From assembly GCA_002269645.1 (NCBI GenBank), contig NIVC01001331.1, positions 124,001 to 188,000 on the forward strand: a stretch of 64,000 nt of DNA, written 5' to 3'. The notes below the pieces were generated by a model, which saw nothing but the letters and a program-made list of their open reading frames with translations, was not told the DNA's origin and searched no databases. The position numbers were made by a program, and so were the translations under genes. The stretch is from Macrostomum lignano (taxonomy: Eukaryota). Of the stretch, positions 13,104-26,174 are shown one piece after another. Each line of letters starts with the position of its first letter. Positions within the stretch are counted from its first letter, which is position 1.

Positions 13104-14755
13104 TACTTTGCCTGTCCGGAAGGTTGTGAGAATGTGTTAGTCAAGCAAGAAAGCAGCAAGCTGATGACATGGCACACATAAAATTTCAATAATAGACATA
13201 TATCTATGGTGAAAATTCTTGTTATTCTAGCAGCAAAATTGGGGGCAGGGGCGAGCTCAGCCTGATTGCAGCGCATGGGCATTTTGGCGAACGGCGTCTG
13301 GCGCAGATCAGCCTGCATGGCGCAGCATTGGTGGTAGACCAGGGGTAAGTCGCAAAAATGCCACCCCATAAAATACGGGCGTAGTACTAATTAGATGCTG
13401 AGGCATTTAGGCTTGATAAGATAGTCATAGTTACTCCTGCCATTTACCCAAAACTGCGTTAATTTTGCTTTAGGGTTTCTTTCACAGGTAAGTCATTTCA
13501 CAGCGTGGCGCAGGTTGTGTAGGCGTCTGGTGTACTTAAGCCATGCGCTGCAATAGGGGAGCTCAGCATAAAGTGCTCAATAACCAATGCAACGCGGTGA
13601 TCAAGCTTAAAAAATTTAATAGTGAGTTCGTCAAAATGGAAGATTTCCAGACTTATGCCTACACTAGATACCATCTTGGAATCTCTGTTATTAGTTGTTA
13701 TGATGAACTACTTAAAGTTTATGGAGATGCCGCACCAAGTCAGTCAACGGTTTACAGATGGCACTCAAAGTTCCATGATGAAGCATTTCCCCTGGCCTCA
13801 GCTCCTCGGACTAGCCGGCCACGGTCAACAAGGACAACAGAACTGATCAAAACCTGCCGAGCTCTCGTTGAAGAGGATTCAAAAGTTAGTGTCTGAGACC
13901 TCGCCAACTTTTTGGAAGTTGGTAAAACAACAGTGCACAAAATTTTGACCGAGGATTTGCACCTTCGAAACATTTCTGCCGTCTGGGTTCCTTATGCTCT
14001 ATCTGAGGAGAACAAGACTGCTCGCATCAATTGTGCCAAGCAAATCCGCAGGCTTTTTTTTAACGAGGGGGTGGAAAACTTTTGCGACAAGTACATGGTG
14101 GAAGATGAGACATGGGTGTACCTAAACAACACTGGAACAAAGCAAAACAACAGGTGCTGGCTTGGCCAAGGAGATCATCGGCCCCAGGTTGTCAGGCACT
14201 TAGTCGGGAATGCAAAGACAATGCTTCTGGTTGCTTTCACTCCAAGCAAGCGCTTCTCCATTAAATCCACAGCCCCAAAGCAAACTGTTGATGCAGATGG
14301 CATAGTTGAATTCATTCGGCACACGGGAGACCTATGGTATACTTTGAGGTCAAAGCCAATTCACCTGTCGGATGTTCTTTGGCAGTAGGACAATGCGCGA
14401 CCTCACGTAGCCTGTTCTGTGCAGCAGTACATGGAGTCCCATGGAGTTCAGCTAGTATTTCAGAGTCCTTACAGCCCAGACTTCAATCTGTGCAACTGTT
14501 TTTTGTTCAGTTGGATGAAGAATGATTTCTCCAGGCGAGTATTCAGCGACACAGTTCGAGAAGCTGTGTTGCAGTGGGCAAGAGGCCTTGACGAAGATTG
14601 CTTAAAAAGAGAGGTTCAGCGACTCGTTGACCATTGCCAAGCTGTAATCAATGCAAGGGGAGATTACATTACCAACTAGTGCTGTTATCTTGTTTTTTGA
14701 TAGTTCTGACTGGTTTTTTAAATACATTCTCGCGACTTTCCGGACAGCCGAAGTA
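13104..14755 (+). mobile_element. Full-length Tc1/mariner (mariner DD34D class) DNA transposon
   Basis: 35-bp TIRs with 29/35 identity (TACTTTGCCTGTCCGGAAGG... versus the reverse complement of ...CCGGACAGCCGAAGTA). TA target duplication at 13102-03 and 14756-57. Encloses a transposase frame. Confidence 0.93.
13636..14679 (+). pseudogene. Mariner transposase pseudogene (347 codons in one frame)
   Basis: Motifs WVPYAL, DETW, DNARPH and YSPD. In-frame stops are TGA 13894 and TAG 14386. The third catalytic Asp position, 35 residues after the second D, is Asn. Confidence 0.93.
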
Positions 14756-16941
14756 TAACTTTTAAAGAAATGTTAAATACCAAATTGAAATGTTTATATA
14801 TAGACCATTTTGGTAATAACCCATTTTCTATATTGGAGATAATATATTGAAATATAAATTATAAGATATATGAGAAATTTCTAATAAATTATGATTTGGC
14901 AATTAAAAATGAAAAATAAGTATATAATTGGCTTAATTTTTATTATAATATTAGGCAATCTATTGGATAATGATTATCAAATAAAATTGCAATCACTTTA
15001 AAAATTTTTTTAATAAATAAAGTAGAAATGCTTTAAACAATATAACAAACTATTTCTGATATTAAAAATCTTAATTTTTTAGCATTCATAGACTATATTC
15101 CAGATCATGTAATATATGCCCAAAAATGGCCTTGCAATGCATGCTTAAAGTTGGCATGCATAACTCTTAAAAATAATGTACATACATACTTAGCATGCAC
15201 TTCATAGAATCACATGGAAAAATTAGTGTTAAGTGGAAAAAAAATTGAAAATGTTCATATTTTAGCATAAATTTCAAATTTTCTAGCTTTTAAACTCATT
15301 AATAATGCATTTAAACAAAAGCTTATGCATATTAAATTTTTATTGTAAATGGTATAGACAAGAAAAATAAATAATCAACCAAATTATTAGACACAAAGAG
15401 TCTTATGCAATTCATTTTGGAAGATGATCATTTCAATATTACTGGTATATGCAAATGGTTGTTAATCAAAAGTATAGTTCTTACTTTTGGGAAATATTCA
15501 GTAGGTACCTAACCCAATGTATAGTACCCAATGATGTTTATCAGATTACGCTTTGAATTTTAGAAAATTGTTCTTTTCCAAATTGAAATTTGCTTTTTGT
15601 GTGCATCACACCATGAAAAACCTTTGGAATACAATCAATCATTCATTTCTAAAAGTGTCATAGAAATGATTGCCTTTTAAAACTGATTATATATAGGCTA
15701 ACTATTTAAATGAAAATTTAACTTATATAAACTTTATAGTTTCTTCCATTTGAACAGAGAATAGAGAAAAATTTCAATAAGGATTGATTGCTTACCAAAT
15801 ATTAAGTTTAGCAATGATCCTTATTCAAAAGATTGCTGTTTATTATTATTAATATATTTGGATTACTTTTTTAATATCTTAGGCCCTTACCAAATGATAA
15901 TGAAGCAATTCATATTTTAAATTTATCAATCCTATAGTCATTTTTTAATTTATGAGTTTTATAGCACAGTTAAATAAATAAATAAGATATAAAGGAATTA
16001 GTTTTTAGGCATATTGATTATTAAAATTAAAAAACAAGTTAGTTTGCAACCCTATAGGAAAATGTTATAAAACTGCAGACAGCATCTGGCGCACTTTTGA
16101 CATTTTTCTTAAGTGCAATATGCGCAAGGTGCATAGTGCCTGCACACGTGCTGCCCTTTCTTGCTGGCTGCTGCTTCAGCGAATAAATATACATGGAAAG
16201 GGGCCTAATACCTCTGTGGAAGGGGCCTATACACTTGTAATTTATATTGCTTAGAGATGTTCCAAAATTTGATTTCAATTTTCCCAGAATTGAAATTTTT
16301 AAGAGCAAATTTGAATTTCAATGAAAAAACGGAAATCAAAATTCTGTATCTATAAAGTGGCTAAAAAAGCTAATTTCTGCTACATATACATGTATTTTGT
16401 TTTATATAAGGAGTAAATTGAAAGTAAAAAAGTGAGTGTTGGTCATACTAAACTTTGTTTTTCTAAATTTTGATTTTAGAAAATTTCAATTTTGATTTCA
16501 GAAAGTTAGCAAATTTTGATTTCGACAGAAAATGCTCTTTTGGAACATATCTAATAATGCTAAAGCACAGTAAAATAATTTGACTCCATTCTAAAGCACG
16601 TGTCTGCAGGTTTTCAACATTTATTCCAATAGGGGTATGCAAAGTAAGATGAAATGCTATAACCATTTGATAGCAAGTGCTTTATATTTATAGTTTTTCC
16701 ATTGAATATTCTAGAATAATGAATTCTCTTGGAAGAGTTTGTGATGGAATTCAACTTAAGTTGATACATACAACTTACCATATGATTGGATAGATATTCT
16801 TAGATAAATTACATTATAATTATGAATTTTTATCAGGAAACATTAAAACCAAACAAAGTAAATATTGGCCAAAAAAGTAGAAATAAAATTGCATTTATAG
16901 TATTCAATACAAAACACTATTTAATGGTTAACAAACTTTTT

Positions 16942-18712
16942 TCATCCAGAGTGCTCATGCCTCATCCAGAGTCCTTATGCCTCATCCAGAGTGCTCATGC
17001 CTCATCCAGAGTGCCCATGTCTCATCCAGAGTGCTCATGCCTCATCCAGAGTGCCCATGTCTCATCCAGAGTCCTTATGCCTCATCCAGAGTGCTCATGC
17101 CTCATCTAGAGTGCTCATGTCTCATCCAGAGTGCCCATGTCTCATCCAGAGTGCCCATGTCTCATCCAGAGTGCTCATGTCTCATCCAGAGTGCTCATGT
17201 CTCATCCAGAGTGCTCATGCCTCATCCAGAGTGCCCATGTCTCATCCAGAGTCCTTATGCCTCATCCAGAGTGCCCATGTCTCATCCAGAGTCCTTATGC
17301 CTCATCCAGAGTGCTCATGCCTCATCCAGAGTGCTCATGTCTCATCCAGAGTGCCCATGTCTCATCCAGAGTGCCCATGTCTCATCCAGAGTGCTCATGT
17401 CTCATCCAGAGTGCTCATGTCTCATCCAGAGTGCTCATGTCTCATCCAGAGTGCTCATGTCTCATCCAGAGTGCTCATGCCTCATCCAGAGTGCTCATGT
17501 CTCATCCAGAGTGCTCATGCCTCATCCAGAGTGCCATGTCTCATCCAGAGTGCTCATGTCTCATCCAGAGTACTCATGTCCCATCCAGAGTGCTCATGTC
17601 TCATCCAGAGTGCTTATGCCTCATCCAGAGTCCTTATGCCTCATCCAGAGTCCTTATGCCTCATCCAGAGTGCTCATGTCTCATCCAGAGTGCTCATGCC
17701 TCATCCAGAGTGCCCATGTCTCATCCAGAGTGCTCATGTCTCATCCAGAGTGCCCATGTCTCATCCAGAGTGCTCATGTCTCATCCAGAGTGCTCATGTC
17801 TCATCCAGAGTGCTCATGTCTCATCCAGAGTACTCATGTCCCATCCAGAGTGCTCATGTCTCATCCAGAGTGCTTATGCCTCATCCAGAGTCCTTATGCC
17901 TCATCCAGAGTCCTTATGCCTCATCCAGAGTGCTCATGTCTCATCCAGAGTGCCATGTCTCATCCAGAGTGCCCATGTCTCATCCAGAGTGCCCATGTCT
18001 CATCCAGAGTGCTCATGTCTCATCCAGAGTGCCCATGTCTCATCCAGAGTGCCCATGTCTCATCCAGAGTGCTCATGTCTCATCCAGAGTGCTCATGTCT
18101 CATCCAGAGTGCTCATGTCTCATCCAGAGTGCTCATGTCTCATCCAGAGTGCTCATGTCTCATCCAGAGTGCTCATGCCTCATCCAGAGTGCTCATGTCT
18201 CATCCAGAGTGCTTATGCCTCATCCAGAGTCCTTATGCCTCATCCAGAGTCCTTATGCCTCATCCAGAGTGCTCATGTCTCATCCAGAGTGCCATGTCTC
18301 ATCCAGAGTGCCCATGTCTCATCCAGAGTGCTCATGTCTCATTCAGAGTGCCCATGTCTCATCCAGAGTGCTCATGTCTCATCCAGAGTGCTCATGTCTC
18401 ATCCAGAGTGCTCATGTCTCATCCAGAGTACTCATGTCCCATCCAGAGTGCTCATGTCTCATCCAGAGTGCTTATGCCTCATCCAGAGTCCTTATGCCTC
18501 ATCCAGAGTCCTTATGCCTCATCCAGAGTGCTCATGTCTCATCCAGAGTGCCATGTCTCATCCAGAGTGCCCATGTCTCATCCAGAGTGCTCATGTCTCA
18601 TCCAGAGTGCCCATGTCTCATCCAGAGTGCTCATGTCTCATCCAGAGTGCTCATGTCTCATCCAGAGTGCTCATGTCTCATCCAGAGTGCTCATGTCTCA
18701 TCCAGAGTGTCC
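16942..18712. repeat. 20-bp minisatellite (TCATCCAGAGTGCTCATGTC), about 88 copies
   Basis: Tandem copies. The three 540-590 aa ORFs here are artefacts. The array ends about 145 bp before the CRNKL1 ATG. Confidence 0.98.
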
Positions 18713-18857
18713 CATCATCTCATCTGGCTTCTGTCCCATCAGTGAAGTAAATGAATGAATAAAAATTAATATTCCTTTGAATAGCGCAGCCACTTGACCC
18801 GAAAAATTGATGCAAATTGTCTGCCCCATAGACCATAGCTAGGCCTGTACAACAGCC

Positions 18858-21800
18858 ATGGATTTTGATGACACTGAAGAACTGGGCAGCGGCGCTCGGG
18901 GCCGCCAGGCCAAGCTGGCCAAATCTATGAAGGCTAAAAATAAGATGGCCAATCAGGTGCAGATCACAGCCGAGCAGCTGCTGCGCGAGGCCAAAGAGCG
19001 CGAACTGGAAGTGCAGGCTGCTCCTCCAAAGCAGAAAATCAGCAGCATGGCCGAGCTGCGCGATTTCCAGCTCCGTAAACGCAAAGAATATGAGGATAAT
19101 ATACGAAAAAATCGGACTTCGCTGCACAATTGGATCAAATATGCCGCTTTCGAAGAGGACCAAGGCGAATTGTCCAAGGCTAGGAGTGTTTACGAGCGGG
19201 CGCTGGACGTTGATTATAGGAGTCCCAGTCTGTGGATTAAATACGCTGAGATGGAGATGAAGCACAAACAGGTTAGGCTTGGATTTATATTAAACTTTGT
19301 GTCAGATAATTGCTAAAGAAAGTTCACTGCAGAAATGAGATAAAAAATCTCTGGGCTAAAAGCCACTGAAGGATCACGGAGGGGGCTATGACAAGCCACT
19401 GAAGGATCAGAGAGGTGACTATGTGAAGCTGCTGAAGGATCAGGGAGGGTGATAGCAGCAGCCACTGGAGAATCATGGAGGGGGCTAGGAGAAGCTACTC
19501 AAGGATCAGGGAGGGGGCTAGGAGAAGCTACTTAAGGATCAGGGAGGGGGCTAGGAGAAGCTACTCAAGGATCAGGGAGGGGGCTAGGAGAAGCTACTCA
19601 AGGATCAGGGATGGTGATAGCAGCAGCCACTGGAGAATCATAGAGGGCGCTAGGAGAAGCTACTGAAGGATCAAGAAGGGGGCTAGGAGAAGCCACTGAA
19701 GGATCAGGGAGGGTGAGGTGATAGCAACAGCCACTGGGGAATCATGGAGGGTGATAGCAGCAGCCACTGGAGAATCATGGAGGGTGATAGCAGCAGTGAC
19801 TGGAGAATCATGGAGGGTGATAGCAGCAGTGACTGGAGAATCATGGAGGGTGATAGCAGCAGTCACTGGAGAATCATGGAGGGTGATAGCAGCAGTCACT
19901 GGAGAATCATGGAGGGTGATAGCAGCAGTGACTGGAGAATCATGGAGGGTGATAGCAGCAGTCACTGGAGAATCATGGAGGGTGATACTGAAAAGCACCA
20001 GAGTTCTAGAATATCACCACCGCACCCCACCAATGCAGGTGAACCACGCCAGGAACATATTCGATCGGGCCGTGAGCATACTGCCCAGAGTCAACCAGTT
20101 CTGGTACAAATACGCCTATATGGAGGAGATGCTGGGCAATGTGGCCGGGGCCAGGCAAGTGTTCGAGAGATTCATGGAATGGGAGCCGGACGAGCAGGCC
20201 TGGCATTCTTACATTAACTTTGAGCTGCGCTACAAAGAGTTGGACAGGGCCAGGTATATCTACGAGAGGTTCGTGCTTGTCCACCCGGAGCCAAAGAATT
20301 GGATCAAATACGCCAAGTTTGAAGAACGGAACGGATATCTGGCTAGCGCTAGACAGGTAAGCTTTTTGCTTCTTTGTATGATGTACTTTATTGCGCTAGT
20401 TTTTGCTGCACGGTTTTTTTGGCTGTCCCCTTTTTTCTGTCCTCATTGACCCTCCTTTGGTCTGCTGACCTCTTTTCCTTTGCTTACTAACCCCCTTGAC
20501 CCTCTCCCTTATCTGCTGACCCCTTTATCTGCTGCCCCCCTTGCCCCTACCCCTTATCTGCTGACCCCCTTGACCCTCCCCCTTATCTGCTGACCCCCTT
20601 GCCCCTCCCCCCTTATCTGCTGACCCCCTTACCCCTCTCCCCTTATCTGTTGACCCCCTTGACCCCCCTTATCTGCTGACCCCTGGCGCACGTTTTGATT
20701 CCTTTATCTGACTTTCCTCAGAGACCTTGGCCTACTCTTTCGTTATACCTTACCCTTTTATCGCAAGAAGCCTATTCAAATAAACCTACATGTATAACCG
20801 GCGTCCCGCCCGTTCCCAACCCCAGGTGTTCGAACGTGGCGTAGAATTCTACGGCAACGAGAATCCCGACGCCCGTCTGCTAATAGAATTCGCCCGATTC
20901 GAAGAGCGCCAGAAGGAGCACGAGCGGGCCAGATTCATCTACCGGTTTGCATTGGACAATCTGCCCAAATCTGAGCAGGCTGACATCTACAAAGCCTACA
21001 CTGTGCACGAGAAAAAGTACGGCGACCGGGGCGCAATCGAAAGCGTTGTTATTAGTAAGCGCCGGATAAAATACGAAGCCGAATTAGAAGACAACCCGCT
21101 TAATTACGACGCCTGGTTCGATTATATCCGCCTGGCCGAGGAGGAGCTGGCCAGCACCGGACAGGTGGACGATGTGCGACGAATCTACGAGCGAGCGATT
21201 GCCTGTCTGCCGCCCCTAGAGGAGAAGCAGCATTGGCGCCGGTACATCTACCTGTGGATCTACTATGCCCTATTCGAGGAGCTGGTTGCCGGTGATATTC
21301 CGCGCACTAGAGAAGTCTACCAGACCTGCCTGACAGTGCTGCCGCATAAGAAGTTCACCTTTGCTAAAATTTGGCTACTATTTGCTAAATTTGAAATCAG
21401 ACAACGCGACGTTACGGCTGCGAGGCGGTTGCTAGGCCAGGCGCTCGGCCGCTGTCCCAAGGAGCGACTGTTTCGCGCTACATTGAATTGGAAATTCAAC
21501 TGCGAGAATTCGATCGTTGCCGCCGATTATACGAGAAGTTTCTAGAATTTTCGCCAGAGAACTGTCAGACCTGGATGCGATTCGCCGAGTTCGAGACTGT
21601 ACTGGGCGACCTGGACCGGGCCAGGGCGATCTACCGGTTGGCAGTGGGCCAGCCCCGCCTGGACCTGCCCGAGCTGCTGTGGAAAGGTTTCATTGATTTT
21701 GAAATCGAAGCTGAAGAATTCGCCAAAGCCAGGTCGCTCTATAGGGAGCTGCTCGAACGGACTCAGCACGTGAAGGTGTGGCTGAGCTTTGCCAGCTTCG

Positions 21801-22300
21801 AGGAGGCCCACGGCGACGGTGCTGACGCTGCCAGGCAGATTTACTCCGAGGCCGATGCCGCTATGCGGTTTGGCCGCGACCCGCAGCAGCGGCTCACCCT
21901 GCTGGAGGCCTGGCTGGAGTTCGAGAAGCGACAGGCCGGCGGTGACGACCCCGACGCCGTGGACCGGGATCCCCGGGTGCGCCGGGTCGCCGGCCTCATG
22001 CCCGAACGGGCCACTCGGCGTCGCCGTACAGACGACGGCGGCTGGGAAGAATTCGAAGAGTTGCTGTTCCCGGACGAGCAGCAGCAGCCAAATCTTCGGC
22101 TGCTCAGCCTGGCCAGACGCTGGCGTCGGCGTCAGCAGGGCGACGGTGTCGATTTGGACGACGATGATGACGACGACGATGAGCAGGCTGAGGGCGAAGA
22201 TGCCGATGATGATGTCGAAGAGGATTCTGATGATGAGGAAGATGATACGCAGTCGCCTCCTCGTCCGGCAGCTGGTGGCGTGGATGCGGACTCGCCTTGA
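18858..22300 (+). CDS. CRNKL1: Crooked-neck-like protein 1 (Clf1/Syf3), HAT-repeat spliceosome factor, about 735 aa; exons 18858-19271, 20039-20356, 20826-22300; 1-nt frameshift at about 21477
   Basis: Hallmark sequences [49 protein letters not shown]|[39 protein letters not shown]. Both GT-AG introns are phase 0. The tail is acidic. Confidence 0.97.
19365..19990. repeat. Two adjacent minisatellites in CRNKL1 intron 1: about 33-bp GGAGAAGCTACTCAAGGATCAGGGAGGGGGCTA, then 33-bp GGAGAATCATGGAGGGTGATAGCAGCAGTCACT
   Basis: Direct tandem copies between the exon 1 donor and the exon 2 acceptor. Confidence 0.9.
20470..20700. repeat. Pyrimidine-rich degenerate repeat (CCCCTTATCTGCTGACCCCCTTGA) in CRNKL1 intron 2
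   Basis: About 7 imperfect copies. Confidence 0.8.
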
Positions 22301-22539
22301 CGACTAACGAACTCGTTTGGGGTGCCCGCGTGGTTTTCGGATTCTCTGTTTTCTACTTCTAGGGGGAGCCAGGAGAGTGCTGCTAGTGCGCTTATCAGAT
22401 AATATTTAAGTGTAAAATATTTCTACAATTTCAGCCTTCTAAACTGATGAGTTAGTATTCTAATATTTAATGAAAATTGTTCCCTCAATTGTTGAAAAAC
22501 CGGTTCTATTTATAATCTAAATGAAGTTTGTGGGAATCC

Positions 22540-23115
22540 AAATCTATCTGAAGTCTGCAGGGATCTCAACCTATCAGAAGTCTGTGGGAATCTCAACCTA
22601 TCTGGCCTCTTAGGGAATCCCAACCTATCGAGTATAGGGGAATCCCAAACTATCTGGAGTCTAAGGGAATCCCAATCTATCTGGAGTCTAAGGGAATCCC
22701 AATCTATCTGGAGTCTAAGGGAATCCCAATCTATCTGGAGTCTAAGGGAATCCCAATCTATCTGGAGTCTAAGGGAATCCCAATCTATCTGGAGTCTAAG
22801 GGAATCCCAATCTATCTGGAGTCTAAGGGAATCCCAATCTATCTGGAGTCTAAGGGAATCCCAATCTATCTGAAGTCTAAGGGAATCCCAATCTATCTGA
22901 AGTCTAAGGGAATCCCAATCTATCTGGAGTCTAAGGGAATCCCAATCTATCTGAAGTCTATGGGAATCCCAATCTATCTGAAGTCTATGGGAATCCCAAT
23001 CTATCTGCAGTCTAAAGGGAATCCCAATCTATCTACAGTCTAAAGGGAATCCCAATCTATCTACAGTCTAAAGGGAATCCCAATCTATCTACAGTCTAAA
23101 GGGAATCCCAATCTC
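22540..23115. repeat. 27-bp minisatellite (GGAGTCTAAGGGAATCCCAATCTATCT) between CRNKL1 and GSTZ1
   Basis: About 20 tandem copies. Confidence 0.95.
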
Positions 23116-23588
23116 AAAACCTACATAAATATGTACTTTTATTGCGCTGCATATTTATCGAATACAACAATGCGCTGAGTCGCAATGCTAACATCTTTCC
23201 TTCTATTAATTGCATTACATTGCTCCGGTTTACAATGTCATATATCTGTAAAAACAATATTTGCTTTAAATAAGTGTTTATGTTGTCGCGTGTGTTGCAT
23301 TAAACAAATTAACGCACCCAATAAAATGTTTGTAGCATTTCTGTCATAAACTATGTGCATGTAAATAGTAAATGTGCGTGAGAAGGTGCGTCTGATTCTT
23401 TCCCTGCAATCATTTAAGTTTTGTTTAAATCTTCAAGTTTAGATAGATGTTGAAAAAGATAATTAAGACTTATGCTTGTAAATTCTTGGTGTTGTTTGTA
23501 TCTAAGGGCATTAAAGTTTTATTAATTATAGTTAATAATTTTCAATTTCAGCGCTTTCCAGTTTAGCGACTTTGATTAACTGAGAATC

Positions 23589-26071
23589 ATGTCTTCCGCA
23601 AAGGTAAGCGAGTGAGTTGTTATTTTAAAACATTTAAAGCTTTCTAATGTACTGCTTTAAGAGATTGTAAGTACAAGTCTTCCTATCTGTTACCCCACAC
23701 TCCGCAGCCCGTGCTCTACTCCTATTTTCGCTCCTCCTGCTCTTGGCGAGTTCGCATCGCTCTGCTACTCAAAGGTCTGGAGTTCGAGACCCGGCCAATC
23801 AACCTATTAAAAGGAGAGAACCGATCCGACGAGTATTTAGCAATTTGTCCGATGGGCCAGGTGCCAACTCTGGTGATTGACGGGCACACAATGACCCAGT
23901 CTGTGGCCATTATCGAGTACCTGGAGGAGGCTTATAAAGAGCGGGGCACCCGGCTCCTGCCTGACCTGCCTGTGGAACGGGCGGTGGTTCGCGAGCTAAC
24001 GGAGATGATCTCGTCCGGGATGCAGCCGCTGCAGAATCCTTCGGTTAGTGTCTAGGGTGTTTATGGGGTCATTACCCCCCTCAGGGTGTTTATGCGGTCA
24101 GTGCCCCCCTCAGGGTGTTTATGCGGTCAGTGCCCCCCCCCAAGACTGTTCAGTCGGTCATTCCCCCCCCCAAGTCGGTCATTCCCCCCCCAAGACTGTT
24201 CAGTCGGTCATTCCCCCCAAGACTGTTTAGTCGGTCATTCCCCCCCAAGACTGTTCAGTCGGTCATTCCCCCCCCCCAAGACTGTTTAGTCGGTCATTCC
24301 CCCCCCCCAAGACTGTTCAGTCGGTCATTCCCCCCCCAAGCCGGTCATTCCCCCCCCCCAAGCCGGTCATTCCCCCCCAAGACTGTTCAGTCGGTCATTC
24401 CCCCCCCCAAGACTGTTTAGTCGGTCATTCCCCCCCCCAAGACTGTTCAGTCGGTCATTCCCCCCCAAGACTGTTCAGTCGGTCATTCCCCCCCCCCAAG
24501 ACTGTTCAGTCGGTCATTCCCCCCCCAAGACTGTTTAGTCGGTCATTCCCCCCCCCCCAAGACTGTTTAGTCGGTCATTCCCCCCCCAAGACTGTTCAGT
24601 CGGTCATTCCCCCCCCCCAAGACTGTTTAGTCGGTCATTCCCCCCCCCAAGACTGTTCAGTCGGTCATTCCCCCCCCCAAGACTGTTTAGTCGGTCTCCC
24701 CCCCCCCCAAGACTGTTTAGTCGGTCATTCCCCCCCCCCAAGACTGTTCAGTCGGTCATCCCCCCCCCCAAGACGGTTCAGTCGGTCATTCCCCCCCCCA
24801 AGACTGTTCAGTCGGTCATTCCCCCCCCAAGACTGTTCAGTCGGTCATTCCCCCCCCCCAAGTCGGTCATTCCCCCCCCAAGACTGTTCAGTCGGTCATT
24901 CCCCCCCCCAAGTCAGTCATTCCCCCCCCAAGAATGTTCAGTCGGTCATTCCCCCCCCCCAAGACTGTTTAGTCGGTCATTCCCCCCCAAGACTGTTCAG
25001 TCGGTCATTCCCCCCCCCAAGTCGGTCATTCCCCCCCCAAGACTGTTCAGTCGGTCATTCCCCCCCCCAAGTCGGTCATTCCCCCCCAAGACTGTTCAGT
25101 CGGTCATTCCCCCCCAAGTCGGTCATTCCCCCCCCAAGACTGTTCAGTCGGTCATTCCCCCCCCCCCAAGACTGTTTAGTCGGTCATTCCCCCCCCAAGA
25201 CTGTTCAGTCGGTCATTCCCCCCCCCCAAGACTGTTCAGTCGGTCATTCCCCCCCCCAAGTCAGTCATTCCCCCCCCCAAGACTGTTCAGTCGGTCAATC
25301 CCCCCCCCTTAAGACTGTTTAGTCGGTCATTCCCCCCCCCCCCAAGACTGTTCAGTCGGTCATTCCCCCCCCCAAGTCGGTCATTCCCCCCCCCAAGACT
25401 GTTCAGTCGGTCATTCCCCCCCCAAGTCGGTCATTCCCCCCCCAAGACTGTTCAGTCGGTCATTCCCCCCCCCCCAAGTCGGTCATTCCCCCCCAAGACT
25501 GTTCAGTCGGTCATTCCCCCCCCCAAGACTGTTCAGTCGGTCATTCCCCCCCCCAAGACTGTTTAGTCGGTCATTACCCCCTCAAGGCTATTAAATCGGT
25601 CATTACCCCTTCAAGGCTATTAAATCGGTCATTTACCTCTTCAAGGCTATAAACCCCTTAGTCATTCCATGTTCATGTTTATTTTCCAAGCGTAAATATT
25701 AGCAATTACTAATCCTCACTTTCTAAAACCCTCTAATCTATAACTCATTAATCCTCACAAAATGCCAGGTATGCGCCAGAGTCGGCGCTGACAGGAAGAC
25801 TGAGTGGGGCCACTACTACATCGATCGCGGCTTTCAAGCCCTGGAGAAGCGTCTATTAGAAACGTCGGGCAAATACTGCTTCAAGAATAGCATTAGCATT
25901 GCCGACGTGTGCCTAGTGCCGCAGGTTTATAACGCCGGCCGGTTCAATGTTGATATGACTAAATATCCTACTATCAGTCGGATCAACCAGGCACTCTTGG
26001 AGCAGCAGGCGTTTATTGATGCCAGGCCGGATAAGCAGGCTGATTGTCCTGACGAATTGCGAATGCAATAA
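23589..26071 (+). CDS. GSTZ1: Glutathione S-transferase zeta / maleylacetoacetate isomerase, 217 aa; exons 23589-23603, 23708-24043, 25769-26071
   Basis: MSSAK|[19 protein letters not shown] carries the zeta SSC motif. Also [37 protein letters not shown] and PDKQADCP. Exon lengths 15+336+303 nt, all phase 0, with no stops. Confidence 0.97.
24060..25655. repeat. About 30-bp minisatellite AAGACTGTTCAGTCGGTCATT-C(7-12) filling GSTZ1 intron 2
   Basis: About 55-60 units, some truncated to AAGTCGGTCATT-Cn. Confidence 0.96.
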
Positions 26072-26174
26072 TTTTTATTCACATATATAGGTTTGATCAG
26101 TCTTCTACTGTGCTTACCTGCCCAACAGGGATAGTTTCTTGCTTCTGTTTTAACATTTGTAACAGGCCACTCTA

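Noticed and set aside
16942-18712. CRISPR-like regular array and three ORFs of 540-590 aa
   Set aside because: The units abut with no unique spacers, there are no cas genes and the context is eukaryotic. All three frames are open only because the 20-bp unit lacks stops. The same applies to the other arrays.
19718-20038. N-terminal extension of CRNKL1 exon 2 ([11 protein letters not shown] repeats)
   Set aside because: This is intronic 33-bp satellite that happens to be in frame. The true acceptor is at 20038.
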